Part shown: piece after piece, positions 25,562-32,000 of the stretch
Numbering within the stretch: position 1 is the first letter of the stretch
Layout: every line of letters starts with the position of its first letter
Assembly (NCBI RefSeq): GCF_000022265.1
Contig: NC_011979.1
Coordinates: 4,272,502 to 4,304,501 of the forward strand
Direction: 5' to 3'
Origin: Geotalea daltonii FRC-32
GTDB lineage: Bacteria > Desulfobacterota > Desulfuromonadia > Geobacterales > Geobacteraceae
Length of the DNA stretch: 32,000 nt
Notes under the pieces: generated by a model
What the model was told of the DNA's origin: nothing
The model's input: the letters and a program-made list of their open reading frames with translations, nothing else
Database searches by the model: none
Translations under genes and position numbers: made by a program

Positions 25562-26224
25562 TTATCCTGTTTTGCTCCTGATAAAAACTAAGCTGCGGGC
25601 ATCGCCAATGGATGGTAGACGGAATTCCTCCACCGCGCTGACTGTCAGACCCATCTGCTCCAACTTTCCTTTCGCATGTTCCGCTTCCTCGCGTCCTTCT
25701 TTTCCCTTCATGGCAATGATCATTCCTTCAGGCTTCATAAGTCCCTTGGCCATACCGGCAAAGGTAAGGATATCGGAAAAGGCGCGAGAGACAACTGCAT
25801 CGGCTTTGTTGTCCGGTTGCAGCTGTTCAGCTCTGCCATGGACGGCTTCGAAACCTGCCAATCCAATGAGTCTTGCCACGTTGCGCTGAAAGATTATTTT
25901 TTTCTCCACTGCGTCAACTGAAGTAACCCTAAGTGCCGGCATTATTATTTTCAGCGGGATGCAGGGAAAACCAGCACCGGAACCAATATCCACCAGCATG
26001 GCATCAGCCTTAACAAACTTGGCCAAGACCAGTGAATCGACAAAATGCTTTATGACAATATCTTCGTCAGACTTTATAGCAGTTAGATTAATTTTCCGGT
26101 TCCATTTCTTAAGTTCTTTCGCGTACAGAGCTAATTTTTCCACCTGATCGAAAGACAATTGCAATCCGAAATCCGCCGCCCCGCATTCCAGCATTTCTCT
26201 CGTTGCCGTATTCACTGCCCGCAC
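25562..26224 (-). CDS. rsmG: 16S rRNA (guanine527-N7)-methyltransferase RsmG (GidB)
   Basis: KWN.KINLTAI, HFVDSL, and the SAM motif DIGSGAGFPCIPLKI. GTG start overlapping the mnmG 3' end by 13 nt. The ATG at 26194 is an alternative but would give an unusually short N-terminus. Confidence 0.93.
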   Translation of the reverse strand: MRAVNTATREMLECGAADFGLQLSFDQVEKLALYAKELKKWNRKINLTAIKSDEDIVIKHFVDSLVLAKFVKADAMLVDIGSGAGFPCIPLKIIMPALRVTSVDAVEKKIIFQRNVARLIGLAGFEAVHGRAEQLQPDNKADAVVSRAFSDILTFAGMAKGLMKPEGMIIAMKGKEGREEAEHAKGKLEQMGLTVSAVEEFRLPSIGDARSLVFIRSKTG

Positions 26225-28086
26225 CGCGATTTCAAGGCAATGGAAAGTATGGTTATGGCTGCCGGAGTTACCCCTGGGATACGTGACGCCTGGCCAAGGG
26301 TATCGGGCTTGAATTTATGCAGCTTCTCCTGAACCTCTGCCGACAATCCCGACAACCCCATATACTGCATATCCTGTGGAATCTTTGTGTGTTCCAGTTT
26401 TTTTGCCCTACCCACCTGCTCAAGCTGCCTGTCGATGTAGCCCTGATATTTTATCTGTATCTCCACCTGCTCCCGCACATCAGCCGGCGTCTCCATGATC
26501 TTCTCGTCAATCCTCGACAGATCGCTGCTGGTCACGTCCGGACGTCTGAGAAGCTGCTCATAGGTAAGAGCATTCTGCATCCCTTTCAGGTCAAAATCCT
26601 CAAGAAAATCGTCATCAACCTGGGAAGGGATCAGTTTTTCCTGGCGCAGTCGCTGCAACTCCTCTTTAATCATTTCTTTTTTCCTGAGAAATATCCCGTA
26701 TTCTTCATCCCTGACCAGACCGATTTCGTAGCCCCGCTCCCGCAATCTCAGATCTGCGTTGTCCTCCCGCAACAGGAGCCTGTATTCGGCGCGGGAAGTA
26801 AACATGCGGTATGGTTCCTTGCTTCCCATGGTCACAAGGTCATCGATCATCACGCCGATGTAAGCGTCATTCCTGCCAAGGATAAGCGGCTCCCTTCCCT
26901 GCACCCGCAAAGCGGCATTGATACCTGCCAGCAACCCTTGGGCCGCAGCCTCCTCATAGCCTGAGGTACCGTTTATCTGCCCTGCATGATAGAGGTTCCT
27001 GGCCGGCTTTGTCTCCAGGGAGGCATGGAGCTGAATCGGGTCAACGTAATCATACTCGATGGCGTAGGCAGGACGCATTATTTCTACCCTTTCCAAACCT
27101 GCTATCGATCGGTAAAACTTCCACTGGACATCGATCGGCAGTGATGTGGAAAGCCCGCTGGGGTAGACCTCCACCGTATCCAGCCCTTCCGGTTCGATGA
27201 AGGTTTGATGGCGGTCCTTTTCCGGAAAGCGGACCACTTTGTCCTCTATGGACGGACAGTATCGTGGTCCTACCCCTTCGATGATCCCCGAGTATAGGGG
27301 GGAACGGTCCAGGCCAGAGCGGATGATGTCATGGCTCCGTTCGTTAGTATAGGCTATATGGCAAGGCACCTGCTTATTTAATATCCGCTCAGTTGAAAAG
27401 GAAAAGGGAATGGGCTGATCATCGCCATATTGGGCCTCAAGCCTGCCAAAATCGATGGTGCGACTGTCCAGCCTGGCCGGTGTTCCCGTTTTCAGCCTCC
27501 CAACATCGAAGCCGAGCTCCCTGAGATTGTCGGACAAGCCCACTGACGGAAGATCGCCCGCCCTACCCCCGCTGTAATGAACAAGGCCGATATGGATCAG
27601 GCCCCGCATGAAGGTGCCAGTGGTAAGAATCACTGTTTTGGCCATATGCCGCACCCCGGCTTTGGTGTCTACACCAACGACCGTCTCTCCATCCATAACC
27701 AGGGCAGTTACCTCTGCCTGCTTGAGGTGAAGATTTTCCTGCTCCTCCAGAACCCGTTTCATCCTGAGACGATATTGCTGCTTATCAGCCTGGGCCCTTG
27801 AAGCACGGACCGCCGGTCCTTTTTTTGTATTGAGGATGCGGAACTGGATGCCGGTGGCGTCGATGTTTTTCGCCATCTCGCCTCCCAGGGCATCAATTTC
27901 CTTGACCAGGTGCCCCTTAGCCAATCCACCAATAGCCGGATTGCAAGACATCAGGGCTATGGCATCCAGATTTATCGTTAACAATAAAGTTTCACAACCC
28001 ATTCTGGCTGCCGCCAGAGCCGCCTCGCAACCGGCATGCCCCCCACCCACCACAATCACGTCATATTCTTTATCATATACTATCAA
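26212..28086 (-). CDS. mnmG: tRNA uridine-5-carboxymethylaminomethyl synthesis enzyme MnmG (GidA)
   Basis: FAD motif YDVIVVGGGHAGCEAA, with full-length GidA character (GPRYCPSIEDK, GQINGTSGYEEAAAQG). TTG start. Confidence 0.97.
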   Translation of the reverse strand: MIVYDKEYDVIVVGGGHAGCEAALAAARMGCETLLLTINLDAIALMSCNPAIGGLAKGHLVKEIDALGGEMAKNIDATGIQFRILNTKKGPAVRASRAQADKQQYRLRMKRVLEEQENLHLKQAEVTALVMDGETVVGVDTKAGVRHMAKTVILTTGTFMRGLIHIGLVHYSGGRAGDLPSVGLSDNLRELGFDVGRLKTGTPARLDSRTIDFGRLEAQYGDDQPIPFSFSTERILNKQVPCHIAYTNERSHDIIRSGLDRSPLYSGIIEGVGPRYCPSIEDKVVRFPEKDRHQTFIEPEGLDTVEVYPSGLSTSLPIDVQWKFYRSIAGLERVEIMRPAYAIEYDYVDPIQLHASLETKPARNLYHAGQINGTSGYEEAAAQGLLAGINAALRVQGREPLILGRNDAYIGVMIDDLVTMGSKEPYRMFTSRAEYRLLLREDNADLRLRERGYEIGLVRDEEYGIFLRKKEMIKEELQRLRQEKLIPSQVDDDFLEDFDLKGMQNALTYEQLLRRPDVTSSDLSRIDEKIMETPADVREQVEIQIKYQGYIDRQLEQVGRAKKLEHTKIPQDMQYMGLSGLSAEVQEKLHKFKPDTLGQASRIPGVTPAAITILSIALKSRCGQ

Positions 28087-28170
28087 CGTCCCACCCCAAA
28101 TATATTGCCGATTATAAAACTTAACACCTTTTCAACAGTTACGCCTTTACCAGCAAGCCTTGACGGCATA

Positions 28171-28186
28171 TGTTTCACGTGAAACA
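28171..28186. promoter_or_regulatory. parS centromere-like ParB-binding site (perfect consensus TGTTTCACGTGAAACA)
   Basis: Exact 16/16 match to the chromosomal parS consensus TGTTNCACGTGAAACA. The palindrome extends to 22 bp (28168-28189, ATATGTTTCACGTGAAACATAT) and abuts the mnmE stop codon. The origin-proximal location is the expected context. Confidence 0.8.
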
Positions 28187-28188
28187 TA

Positions 28189-29556
28189 TCATTTGCCGAT
28201 ACAGAATTGTTGAAATATCCTGTCTAACACATCATCGGCTGTAGTTTCACCGGTCACAGCCCCCAACGAATCAAGAGCATCACGAAGATCAATGGCCAAG
28301 AGGTCAAGATTGACTTCACGATCCAGGTTATCCTTAAAGTTGGCAAGTGCATTACGACAACCAGTCAAGGCATCACGATGCCGCACTTGGGATATGGCAA
28401 CAAATTCGCGACTGTCATGATCAGGAAGATGGATAAAGAAATCGAAAATGGCCTGCTGCAAATCGACCAGTCCGTGACCGGTATGGGTGGAAAGGGACAG
28501 GACAGGCAATTCTGGTTCAAAGGGAAGAACATAAGAGCCATCAATGTCAGACTTATTTTTAACGACCATGAAGCTGAATCCCGAAAGCCTCTCAAGTATC
28601 GACTGGTCTTCAGCACTAAAGGAAGATGATGCATCGACAACAAATAGGACCAGATCAGCTGAGGAAAGTTTTTCCAGTGACAGCTTAACCCCTTCCTTTT
28701 CCACATGGTCGTCTGATTCACGTATGCCGGCGGTATCCAACAATTTAACCGGAAGCCCGTTAATGGTCATTTGCTCTTCGATAAGATCACGGGTGGTGCC
28801 GGGAATGGCAGTGACAATTGCCCGCTTTTCTTGCAAAAGTGCATTGAGGAGACTTGATTTCCCCACATTGGGCTTGCCGGCGATAACAACCGAGACCCCT
28901 TCACGGATAATCCTTCCTTCTGAAAACCCTGACAGTAATTCATCCAACATTAGAAGTGAGGAATCGATATTCTGCCCAATATGTTCTTTGGCAGAAACAT
29001 CAATATCTTCTTCGGGAAAATCAATAAAGGCTTCAAGAAAAGCCAGGGAAGAAAGGAGATATTCCTTCAATTGGAACAATTGTCGGGAAAGAAGGCCTTC
29101 ACGCTGATGCTGGGCCAGGTTAAGGGACATCTCCGATTTGCTGTGTATGATATCCATAATGGCTTCAGCCTGAACCAGGTCGATACGTCCATTTAGGAAA
29201 GCACGTTTGGTGAACTCTCCTGGATCGGCAAGGCGCGCTCCCTGCCGCAGCACAAGGGCCAAAATGCGTCGAACGACCAGATAGCCGCCATGACAGTGGA
29301 GTTCAAGAACGTCTTCGCGGGTGAATGAGTTGGGTCCCCGCATAAGGACAACCATGGCCTCATCCAGAATAGCGGCAGAATCGGGATCGAATATAACCCC
29401 ATAATAGAAACGGTGGCTTTTTAGGCCACCGTCACGACTCCTGCGGAAGATGCGATCGGCAATTGAAAGGCAATCCGGACCGCTTATTCTTATAATGCTT
29501 ATACCACCCTCCCCAATGGGAGTACTGATCGCTGCTATTGTGTCACGCAGATACAT
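28189..29556 (-). CDS. mnmE: tRNA modification GTPase MnmE (TrmE)
   Basis: N-terminal DTIAAISTP.G.GGI, G-domain GKPNVGKSSLLNAL / DTAGIR / NKSD, and the C-terminal CIGK tetrapeptide. Confidence 0.97.
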   Translation of the reverse strand: MYLRDTIAAISTPIGEGGISIIRISGPDCLSIADRIFRRSRDGGLKSHRFYYGVIFDPDSAAILDEAMVVLMRGPNSFTREDVLELHCHGGYLVVRRILALVLRQGARLADPGEFTKRAFLNGRIDLVQAEAIMDIIHSKSEMSLNLAQHQREGLLSRQLFQLKEYLLSSLAFLEAFIDFPEEDIDVSAKEHIGQNIDSSLLMLDELLSGFSEGRIIREGVSVVIAGKPNVGKSSLLNALLQEKRAIVTAIPGTTRDLIEEQMTINGLPVKLLDTAGIRESDDHVEKEGVKLSLEKLSSADLVLFVVDASSSFSAEDQSILERLSGFSFMVVKNKSDIDGSYVLPFEPELPVLSLSTHTGHGLVDLQQAIFDFFIHLPDHDSREFVAISQVRHRDALTGCRNALANFKDNLDREVNLDLLAIDLRDALDSLGAVTGETTADDVLDRIFQQFCIGK

Positions 29557-29584
29557 CTCTTTTCACCCGATATTCAACGCCTGC

Positions 29585-31177
29585 TCAGGCAGGCAAAGAC
29601 TTATTGATGTACGCCTGCTGGGCAATGGTCAGAATATTGTTGATGAGCCAGTACAATACCAGACCGGCAGGAAAATTGAGGAACATGAAGGTGAAGACGA
29701 CCGGCAAGGCCAGCATCATCTTTGCCTGAATGGGATCCATGTTGGTAGGAGTCATTTTTTGTTGAATGAACATGGTCACACCCATGATGATGGGAGTTAC
29801 ATAATAGGGGTCCTTGGCAGAAAGATCGGTGATCCACAGCACAAATGGTGCATGGCGTAGTTCAATGGAAAACATCAAGGCCTTGTAAAGGGCGAAAAAG
29901 ACAGGGATCTGCACAAGCATCGGCAGACATCCCCCCATCGGATTAACCTTGTGGGTCTTGTAAAGATCCATCACGGCGCGGTTCATAGCATCACGATCAT
30001 TCTTGAACTTTTCCTTGAGCTCGACCATTTTCGGCTGCAGCTTTTGCATCTCCTTCATCGACTTATAGCTCTTGTGGGTGAGGGGAAAGAAAAGCACCTT
30101 GAGGATGATGGTAATGATGATGATGGCCAGGCCATAGTTATGGGTATAGGAATAAAAGAACTTGATTGAACGAAGAAGCGGCTTGGCTAAAGCAGAAAAC
30201 CAGCCGAAATCGATGGCCTCTTCCAGTCTGCTTCCTTGGGCTTTAAGGATATCCAGATCCTTTGGACCATAAAAAAGGCGGTAATCCATTGATGCACTTT
30301 GCCCCGGATTGAGGGAAAGTGGTGAAGACGTGACGTTAGTCTGGACATAATTGTCGCTTATCTTAGCTACACGCGCAGAAGCTATGCTGTTTTTGACGGC
30401 AATGACGGCGTCCATGAAATATTTGTCGGCAAAGGCAGACCACGAAACATTATTGTCGAACTGCTTCGGCCCTTTCGCGATATCGGAGACCTTATCGGTT
30501 ATTACTTTATCTCCAGCCATTGTGACAGGACCGTATACTTCATATCTACCATCGCCAGTCTCTGCAACCAGACGATTGTAGTTTATCAGCGAAATGGCTC
30601 CTTCAACCCGTGACGAACCGGTGTTGATCAATTCCTGATGAAGATTGATGCCATAACCATTACCGGAAAAGGAGTAGACCTTTTTCAGTATGACACCAGT
30701 CTGAGAGGTAACCGTGAACTCGATGGAAGATTTTTCGGTTCCCGCCAATTTAGTGTCCTTGGCTGAGGATTGGAATACCAGGCTCGGTTCCAGCCCAAAG
30801 CTTTTTCCTTCACTCAAGAGGGACAGCTTGTCACCATCAGACTCGTTCTTAAGGACGATATCCCGACCGACTGCTCCCGCTTTGTCTTTATAATGCTTCA
30901 GTTGAAAGCTTTGAAGACCGCCCCCTTTGGTGGAGAAGACGGCAATAAACAAATCGGTATCCACCACAATGTTACGAGCAGCAAGACCTGCCTGTGGAGT
31001 TGCTGCTGCAGGCACACTATCGATGGCAGAAAGTTTCGCAGAAGAAGGCTGGCTCTGCACAGCTGCAACCGGCCCGGCCTTTTCTTTCTGATTGGCTACC
31101 GGGGGTGGAAACATATACGAAAAAGCATACAAAACCACTATGGATAAAATAACGGCAATAACAACTCTTTTTTCCAT
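29585..31177 (-). CDS. yidC: Membrane protein insertase YidC (long, periplasmic-domain form)
   Basis: Start at the ATG at 31177, 5 nt after GGAG; upstream in-frame starts would overlap yidD. N-terminal TM, large periplasmic domain, and the conserved C-terminal 5-TM core (GGCLPMLVQIPVFFALY, NFPAGLVLYW). Confidence 0.93.
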   Translation of the reverse strand: MEKRVVIAVILSIVVLYAFSYMFPPPVANQKEKAGPVAAVQSQPSSAKLSAIDSVPAAATPQAGLAARNIVVDTDLFIAVFSTKGGGLQSFQLKHYKDKAGAVGRDIVLKNESDGDKLSLLSEGKSFGLEPSLVFQSSAKDTKLAGTEKSSIEFTVTSQTGVILKKVYSFSGNGYGINLHQELINTGSSRVEGAISLINYNRLVAETGDGRYEVYGPVTMAGDKVITDKVSDIAKGPKQFDNNVSWSAFADKYFMDAVIAVKNSIASARVAKISDNYVQTNVTSSPLSLNPGQSASMDYRLFYGPKDLDILKAQGSRLEEAIDFGWFSALAKPLLRSIKFFYSYTHNYGLAIIIITIILKVLFFPLTHKSYKSMKEMQKLQPKMVELKEKFKNDRDAMNRAVMDLYKTHKVNPMGGCLPMLVQIPVFFALYKALMFSIELRHAPFVLWITDLSAKDPYYVTPIIMGVTMFIQQKMTPTNMDPIQAKMMLALPVVFTFMFLNFPAGLVLYWLINNILTIAQQAYINKSLPA

Positions 31178-31199
31178 AATTACTCCAATAACCAGAAAG

Positions 31200-31412
31200 T
31201 TATTTAACAGGATCATAGCCACCCGGATGAAAGGGGTGACACTTCAGAATACGCAGCACGGAATACCACAGGGCGGCCAGTAATCCGTGCTTCTCAAAGG
31301 ATTGTAATGAATAATCTGAACAGGAAGGATAAAACCGGCAGGAGGCTCCCTTGTAAGGGGAGATAAACTTTTGATAAAAACGAATGATGAGAATAGCTGT
31401 TTGTCTCAGCAT
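31200..31412 (-). CDS. yidD: Membrane protein insertion efficiency factor YidD
   Basis: 70 aa. YQKFISP......[10 protein letters not shown] and [11 protein letters not shown] are family signatures. It overlaps the rnpA 3' end by 7 nt. Confidence 0.93.
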   Translation of the reverse strand: MLRQTAILIIRFYQKFISPYKGASCRFYPSCSDYSLQSFEKHGLLAALWYSVLRILKCHPFHPGGYDPVK

Positions 31413-31765
31413 GGCTTTATATACAGGCGTTCCAGAGCATTAGCCAATTCCCTGCAAACCTGCTGATAATTCAGCTGCTCTGCACCTCTCTTGGCAATGA
31501 TATTGTAATAAGCAACAGCAAAATGTTGTTTATTAAGTCTGTAAAACTCACGAACCAGCCGCCTGATACGGTTCCTGCAGACGGCATTTCCTACTTTACG
31601 ACTGACAGTAATCCCGATTTTTGTCCAATCAGCTGAGACTAAACCCAAAATGATAAAATGAGCTGTATGGATCTTCTTCCCTGCATCTGAAACATGCAGG
31701 AACTGGGATCGCTTCAACAGCCTTTCGTCTTTTGTGAATGAATTTTGGGTATTATTTGGATGCAA
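31406..31765 (-). CDS. rnpA: Ribonuclease P protein component
   Basis: The basic protein follows rpm[10 protein letters not shown], the RNR-like motif [16 protein letters not shown], and a TTG start overlapping the last 14 nt of rpmH. Confidence 0.9.
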   Translation of the reverse strand: MHPNNTQNSFTKDERLLKRSQFLHVSDAGKKIHTAHFIILGLVSADWTKIGITVSRKVGNAVCRNRIRRLVREFYRLNKQHFAVAYYNIIAKRGAEQLNYQQVCRELANALERLYIKPC

Positions 31766-31901
31766 TTGATACCGCTAGGTTTTTGCGCCCTTTAGCCCGG
31801 CGTCGCTTAATAACGAGTCTGCCGTTCTTGGTCGACATTCTGACAAGAAATCCGTGGGTTCTTTTCCTGGAAACATTACTTGGCTGAAATGTTCTTTTCA
31901 T
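31752..31901 (-). CDS. rpmH: 50S ribosomal protein L34 (49 aa; absent from the supplied ORF track because it is under 60 aa)
   Basis: Hand translation of the minus strand gives [55 protein letters not shown] lies 8 nt upstream of the ATG. Confidence 0.93.
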   Translation of the reverse strand: MKRTFQPSNVSRKRTHGFLVRMSTKNGRLVIKRRRAKGRKNLAVSIASK

Positions 31902-32000
31902 CTCTAAAAGCTCCTTATATTTACATGTGGTGATTGGTAATGTTGTTTAAAAATAAGCTGTAAAATTAAACATAATACCCGTGATTTGTCAATGAATTAT

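Noticed and set aside
31921-32000. DnaA boxes in the rpmH upstream region (for example TGTGGTGAT) and TGATCCACA inside yidC (about 29823-29831).
   Set aside because: They are isolated matches or carry several mismatches to TTATCCACA. There is no cluster, which is insufficient to call an origin element.
1-32000. A search for CRISPR arrays, IS elements or transposases, integrases, prophage genes, tRNA/rRNA genes, toxin-antitoxin pairs and known defence systems.
   Set aside because: No direct-repeat/spacer arrays, no terminal inverted repeats flanking transposase-like ORFs, and no T-loop/acceptor-like tRNA structure in any intergenic gap. Every ORF over 100 aa on the chosen strands is accounted for by housekeeping or signalling families. 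The window looks like core chromosome rather than an accessory island.

Overview
The window is a chromosomal, replication-origin-proximal region from a Desulfuromonadales/Geobacter-like deltaproteobacterium. The taxonomic guess is an inference from protein sequences and gene content: several small CXXCH cytochromes, a sigma-54 enhancer-binding protein and a che-like module. G+C looks like roughly half by eye and was not computed.

The right third (25.5-31.9 kb, minus strand) is the conserved rpmH-rnpA-yidD-yidC-mnmE-mnmG-rsmG block. It contains a perfect parS site (TGTTTCACGTGAAACA) between mnmE and mnmG. rpmH (49 aa) is missing from the supplied ORF track and was recovered by hand.

The left and middle parts are mostly housekeeping genes:
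- uvrA (5'-truncated) and an EamA transporter
- two tandem outer-membrane beta-barrel genes
- PBP1A and HU
- a small di-heme lipoprotein translationally coupled to pyruvate kinase
- an Old-Yellow-Enzyme flavoprotein, prfC, a TatD hydrolase and tcdA
- a ferritin/rubrerythrin-like gene coupled to a small CXXCH protein

The least ordinary part is 16.5-25.3 kb. A sigma-54 response regulator is co-transcribed with a signal-peptide-less SLT lytic transglycosylase from a perfect consensus sigma-70 promoter. Divergent from it is a compact cheW-cheA-cheR-HDOD-cheB operon with no MCP or CheY in the window. Downstream, a glycine-zipper lipoprotein and an orphan ORF sit where parAB often lies.

I found no CRISPR array, IS/transposon, integrase, tRNA or rRNA, and no recognisable defence or toxin system. 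The long ORFs antisense to well-supported genes are shadow ORFs. Nothing here can be called a new system from sequence alone. The Che/HDOD/EBP/SLT neighbourhood is the best candidate for follow-up.
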